A DNA stretch of 39,741 nucleotides from Pseudomonadota bacterium (GCA_038526115.1 JBCBHD010000001.1:1-39741), one strand, 5' to 3'; counted from the first letter of the stretch, positions 15,866 through 27,183 are shown. Notes: generated by a model from the letters alone, not told the origin. Numbers and translations are program-made.

Positions 15866-16629
15866 TGCGGATCCTTCTTACCAATGACGATGGCTACCAC
15901 GCGCCCGGTTTCGAAGTTCTCGAAGAGATTGCGCGGCAATTCTCGGACGACATCTGGATTTGCGCCCCGTCTGAGGAACAATCCGGTGCAGGTCATTCGC
16001 TAACTCTGAATAGCCCGGTCCGCTTACAGAAATTTACCGAACGCCGCTTCGCCGTAACCGGGACACCGACTGACAGCGTCATGATGGCGCTTCGCGAAGT
16101 GATGGACGGGCCTCCCGACTTGATCCTTTCTGGCGTCAATCGCGGCGCCAATCTTGGTGATGACATCACGTATTCAGGGACGGTCTCTGCCGCGATCGAA
16201 GGGGCGCTTGCAGGTATCCGCGCCATCGCGCTGAGCCAAGTATACTCACGCGAGATGAACAGCGATGAAGAGATGTTCGGCGCAGCCCGTGAATGGGGAC
16301 CCAAAGTCATACAACCGCTGCTTGATGCGCCCTTTGCGGAGAGAACTCTGGTCAATGTGAATTTTCCACCACTCGCAGCGAAAGACGTGAAAGGCATCCG
16401 CGTTGTCCGGCAGGGTTTTCATGACTATTCACGGGGCTCTATTGTCGAGGGAAAAGACCCACGCGGCCATCGATATTTCTGGTTTGGGCTTCATGCCATC
16501 GAGCACACGCTCGATCATGGCACCGATCTGGAAGCCATCGATGACGGCCATATCGCGGTGACACCACTGCAACTCGATCTGACCCATTATTCATCGATTG
16601 ATACGCTGGCTGGACGTTTCGAGGCCTAA
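15865..16629 (+). CDS. surE: 5'/3'-nucleotidase SurE
   Basis: MRILLTNDDG, GTPTDSV, SGVNRGANLG...YSGTV. Confidence 0.96.
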   Translation: MRILLTNDDGYHAPGFEVLEEIARQFSDDIWICAPSEEQSGAGHSLTLNSPVRLQKFTERRFAVTGTPTDSVMMALREVMDGPPDLILSGVNRGANLGDDITYSGTVSAAIEGALAGIRAIALSQVYSREMNSDEEMFGAAREWGPKVIQPLLDAPFAERTLVNVNFPPLAAKDVKGIRVVRQGFHDYSRGSIVEGKDPRGHRYFWFGLHAIEHTLDHGTDLEAIDDGHIAVTPLQLDLTHYSSIDTLAGRFEA

Positions 16630-16649
16630 GGCTCTAAAGATACGCGCGA

Positions 16650-17729
16650 ATGGCTAACAAGCAGATCGCAACAGGGGGCTCATCCAAGCAGCCGCGGCTA
16701 AGCAAGCGTCGCTTCAAGCCCTTGCGCCGTGCGGTTAAGCTGCCCGTGTGGGGCGACCTCAGCATTCGCCTTGGTGCTGCCCTGTTCCTGATTTTCATAG
16801 TGGTGATGATCCACTGGTTTGATCGCGGTGGTTTGGTCGATAATTTCGATGGCGAGGTCAGCTTTCTCGACATCGTCTATTTCACCATGATCTCGATCAC
16901 CACCACTGGCTTTGGCGATATCGCCCCGATCAGCGACCGCGCTCGTCTGATCGAAGCGGTGATCGTCACACCGATCCGATTTCTGGTGTTCTTCATTTTC
17001 GTAGGCACCGCCTACAATTTCATCATCAAGCGCAGCTGGGAGAAGTGGCGCATGGCCAAAATCCAGGATCAATTGAGCGGCCATGTCGTCGTACTCGGCT
17101 ATGGCATATCAGGCTCGCAAAGCGTCGAAGAACTGATCGAACGCGGCAGCGACGCCAGCAACATCGTGGTTGTTGATCCTAGCGAGGAACGACTGCACGA
17201 AGCAGAGAAACTCGGCGTCAACGTGATGGCCGCGGACGCAACACGAGATGAAACGCTAAAGGCAGTGCGTATTCATGAAGCCAGCAGTGTTCTGGTTTCT
17301 GCAGGGCGCGATGACACATCAATCCTAATCGTCTTGACCGTGCGCCATCTGGCTCCGCGCGTTCCGATTAGCGTGGTCGTGCGCGCAGACGACAACGAAT
17401 TGCTGGCGCGCCAGGCAGGCGCGAACAATGTCATAAACCCGGTCCGTTTTACCGGACTTCTGCTAGCGGGCAGCGCGCAAGGAACTCACATTGCCGATTA
17501 CCTTGCCGACCTTGCTTCCGTTACCGGCCGGGTCCAATTGGTCGAACGCGTCGTCGATAAAGACGAATGCGGCTGCTCGATCGCAGAACTTAAGACCGGT
17601 GGCCGGGGATTGCGGATCTACCGCAACGGGCGGGCCATCGGCTTTTGGGAGGAAGAGTGTCAAAGTCTCCAGCCCGGCGATGTAATCGTGGAAATTGTGC
17701 CTTCCGGGAACGGGAATGGGGACGGCTAG
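16650..17729 (+). CDS. Potassium channel protein with RCK (TrkA-N) domain
   Basis: Pore filter TTTGFGD between two TM helices, followed by the Rossmann motif VVVLGYG. Confidence 0.9.
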   Translation: MANKQIATGGSSKQPRLSKRRFKPLRRAVKLPVWGDLSIRLGAALFLIFIVVMIHWFDRGGLVDNFDGEVSFLDIVYFTMISITTTGFGDIAPISDRARLIEAVIVTPIRFLVFFIFVGTAYNFIIKRSWEKWRMAKIQDQLSGHVVVLGYGISGSQSVEELIERGSDASNIVVVDPSEERLHEAEKLGVNVMAADATRDETLKAVRIHEASSVLVSAGRDDTSILIVLTVRHLAPRVPISVVVRADDNELLARQAGANNVINPVRFTGLLLAGSAQGTHIADYLADLASVTGRVQLVERVVDKDECGCSIAELKTGGRGLRIYRNGRAIGFWEEECQSLQPGDVIVEIVPSGNGNGDG

Positions 17730-17818
17730 GTCCTCACAAAGCCAGGAAGAGAACTCCTACGCTAGATGGTATTCCGAGCACTCATGTCTCAGCTGCCACG
17801 GTCCCGCAGCATCAAGGA

Positions 17819-18460
17819 TCAGCAAACCCTCGCGCGATAGAGATAGAATGCCTTTCGTAGACCGGCCTTATCCAACGCATCACCCAAATCGCCGCTGAGG
17901 AAGAACGACTTAAACAGAGTCTGATCCACCCAAACATCCGCTCCGTCAGTCGCGAGATTGCTCACGGCGATGTTGTCATCAGACATAGTCCAGGGAAGAT
18001 TCCAAATCCTACCCGTTCCTCCAAAGGTATCTTTCTCGGGAGTTTGATCAGGCAAAAAAGCACTCTTGGAATTTCCGAAGACCAAGCTGAAGTAATCTTC
18101 AGCCAGCTTCGTTGTACCATCCCCATGGAAGACACCATCCACAACCGGATACAGCGCCCCGGCCCCCAAATCGAACTGGGAAATTATGTCGGCAGCTTTC
18201 TCGGAAACGATGACATGCCCCTTGGCCAAGAAAAGGTCCGGCGTGCCCTTTTCTATGCTTGTCCGCACTTGGCTTTGGTCATCAACATCTGACACAATCT
18301 TGATAGGACACTGCTCAACCGGGACTGGCATTCCGTATTGGTTTAACTGAACCCCCGTGTGCTCAAACTTATCCTGCGGACAAGGATACTCGACCACGAC
18401 ATCCAGGCCTAAAGTTGCGACATCGTTGAGCGCGCTGCTCACCCATACGTGTTGATCCAT
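17819..18460 (-). CDS. Hypothetical protein resembling the Imm11/DUF1629 immunity family
   Basis: VIVSEKAADIISQFDLG and DVWVD...FFLSGDLGDALDKAGL resemble Imm11-type patterns. Start uncertain (ORF extends to 18583). Confidence 0.5.
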   Translation of the reverse strand: MDQHVWVSSALNDVATLGLDVVVEYPCPQDKFEHTGVQLNQYGMPVPVEQCPIKIVSDVDDQSQVRTSIEKGTPDLFLAKGHVIVSEKAADIISQFDLGAGALYPVVDGVFHGDGTTKLAEDYFSLVFGNSKSAFLPDQTPEKDTFGGTGRIWNLPWTMSDDNIAVSNLATDGADVWVDQTLFKSFFLSGDLGDALDKAGLRKAFYLYRARVC

Positions 18461-18583
18461 GTGTCTACCTGCTTCGTCAAAGGATGTACTCGATTCACCA
18501 ATCGGTGCGGCGCTTGGATATTTGTCGCATAGTAGCCCTCGGCCTAAAATCCGGTTACGCCCGCTCGCATTTGACCGAGACAT

Positions 18584-18982
18584 TCATCGGAACAACAACA
18601 TTGCCCCGCCCATTGCGGCCATGCCTACAATCATGTGTCCGGCATCAATGATGAAGTGCTTAAAAGTCTTGCGCAGGTAGAGGTAGTGAATCCCGACCGC
18701 CGGGATCATCACGCCAACAGCAAAGCCGACCGCCATCATCATAACGACATGTTGTGCCGGGTTGGTCCGCTCGAGCAGATGCCAAAGCACCATCGCAATC
18801 AGCATTTCGAACAGGAGTGTCAGACCAAATAGCACGGCCATATTGCCGCTCTGAACGTCTTCATCGGACATGCCCGCCGCGTTTTGCCAAGCCTTGCTGA
18901 ATAGAACCCCGTACCAGATCGCACCTACGATGAAGAACGCGGTTGCTCCGGCAAGAACCGGCCAAAGTGCGAAATCATTCAT
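18584..18982 (-). CDS. DUF1761 family membrane protein
   Basis: GAIWYGVLFSKAW, four TM helices, C-terminal IDAGH. SD GAGGAGG. Confidence 0.8.
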   Translation of the reverse strand: MNDFALWPVLAGATAFFIVGAIWYGVLFSKAWQNAAGMSDEDVQSGNMAVLFGLTLLFEMLIAMVLWHLLERTNPAQHVVMMMAVGFAVGVMIPAVGIHYLYLRKTFKHFIIDAGHMIVGMAAMGGAMLLFR

Positions 18983-19055
18983 GTTTCCATCCTCCTCAGG
19001 CTACCGACGTGTTGGTAGCGCAATCGATTGATACGGTGTAGAGGCGCGGCCAATC

Positions 19056-20423
19056 ATGAACACCACCTCCCTCCCCGATCAGAAACGCGTCGGCATGGTC
19101 AGCCTTGGTTGTCCCAAGGCCCTGGTCGATTCTGAGCGCATCCTGACCCGCTTGCGCGCCGATGGCTATGCAATGTCGCCTGACTACGAAGGCGCAGACG
19201 TTGTGCTGGTGAACACCTGTGGCTTCCTCGATAGCGCAAAGGAAGAGAGCCTTGCCGCAATCGGCGAAGCGATCTCCGAAAATGGCCGCGTGATCGTGAC
19301 CGGCTGCATGGGTGAAGAAGCCGAAGCGATCCGGGCCGCTCACCCCCAAGTTCTCGCCGTGACCGGAGCGCATCAATATGAGGCTGTTGTGGAGGCTGTG
19401 CACGAGCACGCGCCGCCATCGCAAGGACCGTTTGTCGACCTGATCCCTCAGCCCGACGTGAAGCTGACACCGCGCCACTACAGCTACCTCAAGATATCCG
19501 AAGGCTGCAATCATTCCTGCTCGTTTTGCATCATCCCGGACCTTCGCGGAAAGCTAGCGAGCCGCCGGATTGATGCGGTGCTTCGCGAAGCCGAGAAACT
19601 GGTTGCCGCAGGAACCAAAGAGCTGCTGGTGATCAGTCAGGACACCTCAGCGTATGGAGTGGATACCCGCCACGAGGAACGCGATTGGAAGGGTTCGCCC
19701 GTTCGCGCCCATATGACCGATATGGCGCGTGAGCTTGGGCAATTGCGCACCACCGATGGCACGCCGCCTTGGGTACGGCTGCACTATGTCTACCCTTACC
19801 CGCATGTCGACAAGGTCATCCCGCTGATGGCTGAGGGGCTGCTGACGCCCTATCTCGACATTCCGTTTCAGCACGCCTCGCCCAGCGTCCTCAAATCCAT
19901 GCGCCGCCCGGCTAATGAAGCGAAGGTGCTCGACAGGTTGAAGAACTGGCGCGACATCTGCCCGGATATTGCAGTACGATCCAGCTTCGTAGTCGGCTTT
20001 CCCGGCGAGACAGAAGAGGACTTCCAGTACCTTCTCGATTGGCTCGAAGAGGCACAACTTGACCGGGTAGGAGGCTTTCGATTTGAGCCGGTAGAGGGCG
20101 CAGCCGCCAATGCCCTGCCTGATCCAGTCCCAGAAGAGGTAAAGGAAGAGCGCTACCAACGCCTGATGGAAGTGACTGCCCGGATCAGCGCCGCCAAGCT
20201 CGCCGCCAAAGTCGGTCGCGCAATCCCGGTCATCATCGATGAAGTCGGGGAGCCGGATGAAGACGGCGATATCGGCGCAACCGGTCGCAGTCAGGCAGAC
20301 GCGCCTGAAATCGATGGAGCGGTGTATCTGCGCAATGTCCCGGAAACGCTGACCGCTGGCGATATTGTGACGGCGACAGTGGAAGAGGCCGACGCGCATG
20401 ATCTGTTTGGGGTGATCGCTTAG
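19056..20423 (+). CDS. rimO: Ribosomal protein S12 methylthiotransferase RimO
   Basis: [17 protein letters not shown], radical [12 protein letters not shown]-terminal TRAM region APEIDG. Confidence 0.97.
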   Translation: MNTTSLPDQKRVGMVSLGCPKALVDSERILTRLRADGYAMSPDYEGADVVLVNTCGFLDSAKEESLAAIGEAISENGRVIVTGCMGEEAEAIRAAHPQVLAVTGAHQYEAVVEAVHEHAPPSQGPFVDLIPQPDVKLTPRHYSYLKISEGCNHSCSFCIIPDLRGKLASRRIDAVLREAEKLVAAGTKELLVISQDTSAYGVDTRHEERDWKGSPVRAHMTDMARELGQLRTTDGTPPWVRLHYVYPYPHVDKVIPLMAEGLLTPYLDIPFQHASPSVLKSMRRPANEAKVLDRLKNWRDICPDIAVRSSFVVGFPGETEEDFQYLLDWLEEAQLDRVGGFRFEPVEGAAANALPDPVPEEVKEERYQRLMEVTARISAAKLAAKVGRAIPVIIDEVGEPDEDGDIGATGRSQADAPEIDGAVYLRNVPETLTAGDIVTATVEEADAHDLFGVIA

Positions 20424-22117
20424 GCTTCGCTCTTTTGATCTGATAATGCGCGGATACGCGCCATTATCATATCGGTTTGGTCCTGAAGCAGAAAGCTTCC
20501 GGCGTCCGCAACGAATTCAATTGGCTCGAAGCCGAAATTTGCGCTCGCTCGCTCAGCTTCAATCGGGCTGATTGTGGCATCGTTTTCGCCATAGATCATG
20601 TGCACTGGGACTGTGATGTCCCGGCAATACTTGCTCCAGTCGGCTGCCCAAGTGATCATCGTCTCGGCGGTCCCGACGAATCGCCCACGCACCACATAGG
20701 TCGCCGCGCTCCGAAGCATTCGGACCATAGCGGGTTTCTGGATCGCTGCGAGCTCACGATCACATCCGCGATAGAACTCTTCCACGAAACGATGGAATTC
20801 GCCCGTCCCAATCGTCGCCAACATGGCCCTTTGATAAATCTTGGCAAAAGTCGGCGCGATCCGCACCAGCCTGACCTGCCGTCGATGAGCGGGACGATAG
20901 GAAGCCATGCCCTGCGCATCGAAGATAGGCAGAAAACTCCCTGCGCCAATCGCGGACACAACCATGTCCGGATGTTTCTGCACGAATGCAAACATGTACG
21001 GCGCACCCGCCTGAGTCGTCAGAGTGGAGCAGCGTTTCACGCCAAGATGCTCCAGAAAAGCCGGTAGCCGCTCCGCAAACTCCGCCACGGCCTTCATGCC
21101 TTGTGTGTCAGCAGTGGTCTCACCGTGATGTGGTCGCCATGGCGCAATGATACGAAGCCCAAATCGCCGTGCCGCATTGGCAACTTCCGGGGTTAGGAGC
21201 GCGCCTTCGATCGGGTGAAAGTAGAGGATTGGAATTCCACCTGGATCGCCGTGTTCTTCCCAGGCGATGCATTCATTCTCATTCGGCCGGAAATGTTTGT
21301 CGCAACGGTGTTCTTCAACATCCAGTCGCTCTGCGGGCATTTCGAGTGAATGCACAAACCCGGCATAGAGCAGCAGCAGTTCTTCTTTGGAATTGATCGA
21401 CAGTTTGCGTTGCAACGCCTTCATCTGATTGCGGGCCGTTCCCAACGATCTGCCGCGCTTATCGGCGAACTCTCTTAAAGAGCCTCCTGTTACCAGATGG
21501 CGAACCAACGCGATCTCCGTTTCAGTCAGTCGCAGTGCTTGGCTGAATGCTTCGCCGCTGCGTTCGCTCCAACGCAGGCGCACTGCATCAAAGCCGATGA
21601 TCGTGTCGGCATCACGGTGATGCAGTCTCGCTGTGAACCAAAGACCTTTTTCATCCTGTTCACTGGTATGCAGACGGAAAAAGCCACCAAAGCCCTCATT
21701 TTCATCAAGCGCGGTGCCATTCTTCAGCAAATCGACCAGTCTTTGCCGATCATCCGCTTCGCTCGCTGGCTCGAACAGCCAAGCGGGTAACTCGCGGTCT
21801 GTAGCGATTTGATCGTTCGCAAAGACAGCATTGTTGGCAAACGCGATCCGGAACTGTTGGTCGATAGCCAAATCGAAACTGAGTCTATCAGTCTTCTGCG
21901 TGTTCAGGTTGCTGTGATCCAGCCGATCATTGGGAAAAACATTTTCAAGGATCTCTGCCGCGTTGCTGAAATGCAATTCGACCGATTCGCCAAACGCGCC
22001 GGTTGATCCTTCAAACTCGCTCAGGTCATGAAGCAGATCGACAAGGACACCCGGGCGCGTAACAGCCGTGTAGGCTCGCGCAACGATCGCTTCGAGATCT
22101 GTTTTTTCATCAGCCAA
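20420..22117 (-). CDS. LuxR-type HTH fused to an alpha/beta-hydrolase fold
   Basis: [46 protein letters not shown]; hydrolase region [30 protein letters not shown]. Probable TTG start at 22117 (ORF extends to 22243). Confidence 0.8.
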   Translation of the reverse strand: MADEKTDLEAIVARAYTAVTRPGVLVDLLHDLSEFEGSTGAFGESVELHFSNAAEILENVFPNDRLDHSNLNTQKTDRLSFDLAIDQQFRIAFANNAVFANDQIATDRELPAWLFEPASEADDRQRLVDLLKNGTALDENEGFGGFFRLHTSEQDEKGLWFTARLHHRDADTIIGFDAVRLRWSERSGEAFSQALRLTETEIALVRHLVTGGSLREFADKRGRSLGTARNQMKALQRKLSINSKEELLLLYAGFVHSLEMPAERLDVEEHRCDKHFRPNENECIAWEEHGDPGGIPILYFHPIEGALLTPEVANAARRFGLRIIAPWRPHHGETTADTQGMKAVAEFAERLPAFLEHLGVKRCSTLTTQAGAPYMFAFVQKHPDMVVSAIGAGSFLPIFDAQGMASYRPAHRRQVRLVRIAPTFAKIYQRAMLATIGTGEFHRFVEEFYRGCDRELAAIQKPAMVRMLRSAATYVVRGRFVGTAETMITWAADWSKYCRDITVPVHMIYGENDATISPIEAERASANFGFEPIEFVADAGSFLLQDQTDMIMARIRALSDQKSEA

Positions 22118-22272
22118 GTTCGGTATCCGCTTCGTGTGTCCGCTCAGCTCGCAAGCCACAGGAATTGGCCAGTGGCTTAAAGCATCGTAGCCAACCTGCA
22201 AAAGCCAAGACGAGAATGCACCGGGACAATGCACCCTCGCCAAAGCAAACCATCAGACAAGTTGCAATACAG

Positions 22273-22587
22273 TTACTTCACGCAGTATTTGCCGCTCGTC
22301 TTCAAGCCAGTGGGGCAATCGCCATTGCGCACTTCTGCGTAATCACCGCTGTCACCCACACAGTATTTTTGCGAGCTCTTGAAGCCTGTCGGGCAGCTGC
22401 CGACTTTAACGATCGCGACCATCCCGCTGGTGGAAACGCAGCTTGATCCTTTTGATTTGAATCCGGTCGGGCATGAGCCGTTTTTCGCCACTTCTGTTGA
22501 GCTGGATTGCGCAGCAGCTGGAGAGACCAGCATCGGAGCAGTTCCAAGGGTGAGAGCCGCTGAAAGCAGCGCGATACGAATACGCAT
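22273..22587 (-). CDS. Small secreted protein with three Cys-pair repeats
   Basis: Signal peptide ending PAAA-Q, then repeats NGSCPTGFKSKGSSCV / VGSCPTGFKSSQKYCV / NGDCPTGLKTSGKYCV. SD AAAGGA. Confidence 0.8.
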   Translation of the reverse strand: MRIRIALLSAALTLGTAPMLVSPAAAQSSSTEVAKNGSCPTGFKSKGSSCVSTSGMVAIVKVGSCPTGFKSSQKYCVGDSGDYAEVRNGDCPTGLKTSGKYCVK

Positions 22588-22617
22588 GAATTTTCCTTTC
22601 TTGTGAGAATTCAAAGC

Positions 22618-22660
22618 GGCGACCTGCCTCATTCAGTTAGAGCGACAGAGGCAGGCCGCC
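22618..22660 (-). other. Intergenic stem-loop between the two secreted-protein genes
   Basis: GGCGACCTGCCTC...GAGGCAGGCCGCC, a 13-bp stem whose single mismatch is G-U on the minus (coding) strand. Confidence 0.5.
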
Positions 22661-22722
22661 ACACACGCCGAGACCGGGGATCGCTTTCCGGCAGCGCGAC
22701 GTGATTGGGTTAAGATCAGCGA

Positions 22723-23580
22723 TCAGCTTCCCGGACCGCGCCTGAAAGTGAAAGCCAAGGCAATCTGGCCGGTGTTCTTGTTGTAGTGCTGGCAGAAGAA
22801 ATCGGTGCCTGGATCGGTGTGGAGCGATGGCATGGCGAATGTCAGCATCGACCGTCCGCGGCCATCCAAGTACTTTTCGTAAGCACCGGAACGGCTTGAA
22901 TTGCTGCCAGCGGCAGTCGGTGTGTAGCCCAGTGAATGGCCTGTATGGAGCATCACGTCTTTGCCCTTGTATCCATCGGCGGGCGGACGCGTTCCGCGGT
23001 TCAGCTGCTCGCTGCCATCATAAGACACGCATTGCAGATCATAATCGTATTTGTTGCCAGCATACTTTGCCTTGTCGAGTTCGACATAAAGAACGTCGCC
23101 AACTCCCATTGCAGGGAAAAGACAACCGCTCTGGGCTTTGACTGGCTGGCGATCAATCAGACCCGTACGTTCTTCTGTGTTTAGACCCTGACTGAATGTG
23201 TACGTGCCACCTTTTGCAATGAACGCATTGCCGAGACCCAACTTGGCGCAGTTGATCTGTTGGACATATTTGGCAGGGGCCGGTCCAGCTTTGCCTTTAT
23301 GACCCTTATAGCGCGACGACGTGCGTAGCCGTGCGTTGCGCTCTGACCTGATCCCGCTGATTGTATTCGGGCCGCCGGAACGCGTTGATCCGTTGACCAC
23401 GGCGTCGACTGCATCAGCAGCTTGTTCAGCCTCTTTCTTCTTCTTGTTGGCTTTCTTGAGACCCTTTTTGATTTTATCGAAAGGCCCAGCCGCTTCCGCC
23501 GGTGCAGGAGCGAAAACACTGGTGGCCACCATTCCGGTAGCAAGTGCACTGCCCGCAAGCGCTATCATTATTCTGTTCAT
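22723..23580 (-). CDS. Secreted basic hypothetical protein
   Basis: Signal peptide MNRIMIALAG...PAEA, Lys-rich N-terminus and four Cys. No family recognised. Confidence 0.65.
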   Translation of the reverse strand: MNRIMIALAGSALATGMVATSVFAPAPAEAAGPFDKIKKGLKKANKKKKEAEQAADAVDAVVNGSTRSGGPNTISGIRSERNARLRTSSRYKGHKGKAGPAPAKYVQQINCAKLGLGNAFIAKGGTYTFSQGLNTEERTGLIDRQPVKAQSGCLFPAMGVGDVLYVELDKAKYAGNKYDYDLQCVSYDGSEQLNRGTRPPADGYKGKDVMLHTGHSLGYTPTAAGSNSSRSGAYEKYLDGRGRSMLTFAMPSLHTDPGTDFFCQHYNKNTGQIALAFTFRRGPGS

Positions 23581-23739
23581 GGATACGATCCTCGAAGCTT
23601 GGCCGCGGCCACAAGGCCAACAGCGCGTTAAAGAGGATTGCCTGTTAGGATCGGCCCATGTGCTCCTGAATATCCCAGATGGGACAAATCGCATGGATAT
23701 TTTTCAGGAACCTGCTCCAGGCTCGGAAATATTGATCTT

Positions 23740-24537
23740 ATGTCGATTACAATTGGTTCAAAGTTCGCCTTCCATCTCAACCAACGGACTGATGCGCTGC
23801 TGCAATTCGAAGTTGCTGCTTTGCCAGAACAGCACGTGGTCGACAGCGAAACGCAGATTGGCGGTGGGATAGAATTCACGAAAGTTCCGGCACAAGATGA
23901 CATAGGTGAACGCCTGTGGCTTCGCGCAACCGGACGGATCGAAGTCAATTATCGCGCGAAAGTTGAAACGGATCGCATGCTCGCGCCGCTGGACCAATTG
24001 GATGCGTTGCCGCTCAAAGATTTACCCGGTGAAGCTGTCCAATATCTGTTTGATTCAAGATATTGCCGGGCTGATGCCTATCAAACGCTGGTTGAGAGCG
24101 AATTTGCCGGAACGCAGGGCGGAACGCGCATCGCCGCCATCCGCGATTGGATCGCAAACTCGTTTGAATATTCTCCCGGCGCAAGCGATGTCGGCACGGA
24201 TGCTTCCGACAGCTTCATCGCTCGGCGCGGGATCTGCCGCGACTATGCCCACGTCCTGATCCTGCTGGCCCGAGCCTCGGCAATACCGGCGCGTTATGTC
24301 GCGTGCTATGCGCCCGGAGTAACTCCGCAGGACTTTCACGCCATCGCTGAAGTGTTTCTGGCCGACCCAGAAATCCAAGGAGGCGGCACCTGGCAATTGG
24401 TCGATGCAACCGGGATGGCGGACCTTTCGAAAGCTGCGAAAATTGGTATCGGGCGCGACGCCGCCGATGTGAGCTTTCTAACGACTTTTGGCCCGATGCA
24501 GTTCCTGTCGAGCTCGGTTCATGTAACTGAAGATTAG
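23740..24537 (+). CDS. Transglutaminase-like family protein
   Basis: YLFDSRYC, GICRDYAH (catalytic Cys), DFHAIAEV, WQLVDAT. Confidence 0.9.
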   Translation: MSITIGSKFAFHLNQRTDALLQFEVAALPEQHVVDSETQIGGGIEFTKVPAQDDIGERLWLRATGRIEVNYRAKVETDRMLAPLDQLDALPLKDLPGEAVQYLFDSRYCRADAYQTLVESEFAGTQGGTRIAAIRDWIANSFEYSPGASDVGTDASDSFIARRGICRDYAHVLILLARASAIPARYVACYAPGVTPQDFHAIAEVFLADPEIQGGGTWQLVDATGMADLSKAAKIGIGRDAADVSFLTTFGPMQFLSSSVHVTED

Positions 24538-24544
24538 CGCTGGA

Positions 24545-25579
24545 TTATGCGCTGCCGCGCTTCAGCAGCTTCACTGGAACACGTTGGATGCTGGGATGCG
24601 GACCATCGCCAGTTACCGCTTCCACCAACATGCGACCTGCCTGATCCAGATCGGGTTCAATCGTGGTTAGCGGCGGCGTGGTCAGTTCACTGGCTGGAAT
24701 GCCATCAAAGCCGGCGATCTTCACATCATCGGGGATCGTGATATTCGCGGCTTGCAAGGCTTCCATCACTCCGAACGCGAGTGCATCGCACACTGCGAAG
24801 ATGCCATCAAACGTGGTGCCTTCTTTCAACAGGGTCTCGGCCGCCAGCCGTCCTTGCTCGCGTCGTGCACCGCCTGGCTCGATCTCCGCAAGATGCGCGG
24901 TAACGCCGAGTTCGCGGGCGCGCGCCAGAAAAGCATCGACACGCTCTGAAAACTGACGCTGCACACTGGTATGCGAGCCGACACAGATCAACTCATTGCA
25001 ACCCTTTTCAACCAAATGCTCCGCTGCCAGACGCGCCCCCGCTTCGTTGTCCGAAGAAACCCAGTCAAGATCTCCAAGAGGCGAACCCCAATAGGCCACC
25101 GGCTGGGTTGTCTCGCCAATCTTGCGAAAATACTCCCAAGCTGCCCTGTTGGCTGTAGTCCCGATAACAATCAGGCCTTCTGCTTGCCCACGCTCAACAA
25201 AGTGTCCGAACAGTTTGTCTTCTTCGGCTTGCAGCGAAACCAGCACTTCAAGGTCTCGCTCCGCCGCGGCGGCGCAGATCCCGCCTAGCAATGCATACGA
25301 GAATGGATTGACGTCGCGAGCCCCGCCTCCCGGTTTGCAAATTACTACCGTTGCCAGAGTGCCTGTGTGGCCACGCCGCAAGCGAGCAGCGCGTTCATCT
25401 ACAAAATATCCGAGTTCCTTCGCTGCCTTGAGCACTTTCTCTCGCGTGGCTGCGCTGATCATATCCGATCCGGAAAGCGCACGCGAAACGGTCGGCTGGC
25501 TGACGCCAGCACGCTCGGCTACTTCAAAACTTGTCACCCTTCCGGGTTTGCGTGTCGCATCTGTCTTGGGCGCGTCCAA
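24545..25579 (-). CDS. LacI family transcriptional regulator
   Basis: HTH TSFEVAERAGVSQPTVSRAL; sugar-binding domain IPDDVKIAGFDG, PPLTTI. TTG start. Confidence 0.92.
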   Translation of the reverse strand: MDAPKTDATRKPGRVTSFEVAERAGVSQPTVSRALSGSDMISAATREKVLKAAKELGYFVDERAARLRRGHTGTLATVVICKPGGGARDVNPFSYALLGGICAAAAERDLEVLVSLQAEEDKLFGHFVERGQAEGLIVIGTTANRAAWEYFRKIGETTQPVAYWGSPLGDLDWVSSDNEAGARLAAEHLVEKGCNELICVGSHTSVQRQFSERVDAFLARARELGVTAHLAEIEPGGARREQGRLAAETLLKEGTTFDGIFAVCDALAFGVMEALQAANITIPDDVKIAGFDGIPASELTTPPLTTIEPDLDQAGRMLVEAVTGDGPHPSIQRVPVKLLKRGSA

Positions 25580-25627
25580 AGCCTGATCCCTCCGGCAAAG
25601 CGCACGTCGACGCAGACGCCGCTCATT

Positions 25628-25641
25628 TGAATAGCTATGCG
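25628..25641. promoter_or_regulatory. Candidate LacI-family operator
   Basis: Imperfect palindrome TGAATAGCTATGCG (core ATAGCTAT) between the divergent lacI-like gene and zwf. Confidence 0.35.
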
Positions 25642-25719
25642 AGCTATGGCCCAGTTTTGCGCATCGCGCTAGGAGGCAGTCACAATGTTCCAGAGCTGCG
25701 CCGTTGGGAGATCCGTTGA

Positions 25720-27183
25720 ATGGCCGCGCCCGTAATTTCCGCTGATCGTTTGCTGCTTTTTGGAGCCACCGGCGATCTCTCTCGCCGCATGCTTTTGCCT
25801 TCGCTCTGTGCGATGGATGCGGACGGCCTGTTACCCGAAAACCTTCGGATAATCGGCACTGCGCGCAGCGATATGACCGACCAGGATTTTCGTCAGATGG
25901 CGCGCGAAGCGCTGGAAACGTTCCTGCCGGATGAGCGCCGCGGCGGGATGGCAGAATTTCTCAACAAGCTGTCTTACCAATCGCTCGATGCAACAACTCT
26001 GGAAGGTTTCGACGCGCTCGCCGCGAAAGTCGGTCCATCGCAGAGCGAAGAAGGCGACGGTGGGCTGGCGATTTTCCTTTCGACCGCGCCCAGCCTGTTT
26101 GGGCCAACCATTGCCGGATTGCAGCATGCGGGTTTGACCGGCGATAACGTCAGAATCGGACTGGAAAAGCCGCTGGGTACGGATTTGGAAAGCAGCTGCG
26201 CAATCAATGATGCGGTGGCTGAAGCCTTCAGCGAAGACCGGATCTTTCGTATCGATCACTATCTCGGCAAGGAGACGGTGCAGAACCTGCTCGCGCTTCG
26301 CTTTGCCAATATCCTGTTCGAACCGATCTGGAACTCGAACTATATCGAGCATGTCCAGATAACCGTTGCTGAAACGGTCGGTCTGGAATCGAGAGTGGCC
26401 TATTACGACGATAGCGGTGCGCTGCGCGACATGGTGCAGAACCATATGCTGCAATTGCTGGCGCTGGTCGCGATGGAGCCGCCGACCAGCTTTGACGCAA
26501 CGGCTGTGCGCGATGAAAAGGTCAAAGTGCTGCGCGCTCTGCGCAAAGTGGACGCCAGCGAAACGGTGACCGGACAATACCGGGCCGGCGCGATCAACGG
26601 CGAAGCTGTTCCAGGCTATGATGAAGAACTGGGCAAAAACAGCCACACGGAAACATTCGTCGCACTCAAGGCACATGTCGATAACTGGCGCTGGAAAGGC
26701 GTGCCATTCTATTTGCGCACCGGGAAACGTCTGCCTGAACGCGTGACCGAAATCCTGGTACAATTCCGCTGCGTGCCGCACTCCATCTTCGAAGGCATGG
26801 GCGCAGGCATGCAGCCCAACAAGCTGTTGATCGGCATTCAGCCCGAAGAGAATGTTACGCTTTCCTTCATGGCCAAGGTTCCGGGTCTTGGGGTCGATGG
26901 CGTCAAACTGCGCGAAGTACCGCTTGAAATCACCATGCCCGATGCCTTCGTCGGCCAGCACCGCCGGATTGCCTATGAACGGCTGTTGCTCGATCTGATC
27001 GGCGGCGATCAAACCCTGTTCGTGCGCCGCGATGAAGTGGAGGCGCAGTGGCAATGGGTCGATGCGATCCGCGCCGTCTGGGAGGACGCGGGCATCACGC
27101 CCAAGACTTACGGCGCCGGCACTTGGGGGCCTAGCGCCGCGATAGCATTGGCTGAGCGTGACGGAGTGAGCTGGCATGAGTGA
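25720..27183 (+). CDS. zwf: Glucose-6-phosphate 1-dehydrogenase
   Basis: [33 protein letters not shown]. Confidence 0.97.
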   Translation: MAAPVISADRLLLFGATGDLSRRMLLPSLCAMDADGLLPENLRIIGTARSDMTDQDFRQMAREALETFLPDERRGGMAEFLNKLSYQSLDATTLEGFDALAAKVGPSQSEEGDGGLAIFLSTAPSLFGPTIAGLQHAGLTGDNVRIGLEKPLGTDLESSCAINDAVAEAFSEDRIFRIDHYLGKETVQNLLALRFANILFEPIWNSNYIEHVQITVAETVGLESRVAYYDDSGALRDMVQNHMLQLLALVAMEPPTSFDATAVRDEKVKVLRALRKVDASETVTGQYRAGAINGEAVPGYDEELGKNSHTETFVALKAHVDNWRWKGVPFYLRTGKRLPERVTEILVQFRCVPHSIFEGMGAGMQPNKLLIGIQPEENVTLSFMAKVPGLGVDGVKLREVPLEITMPDAFVGQHRRIAYERLLLDLIGGDQTLFVRRDEVEAQWQWVDAIRAVWEDAGITPKTYGAGTWGPSAAIALAERDGVSWHE

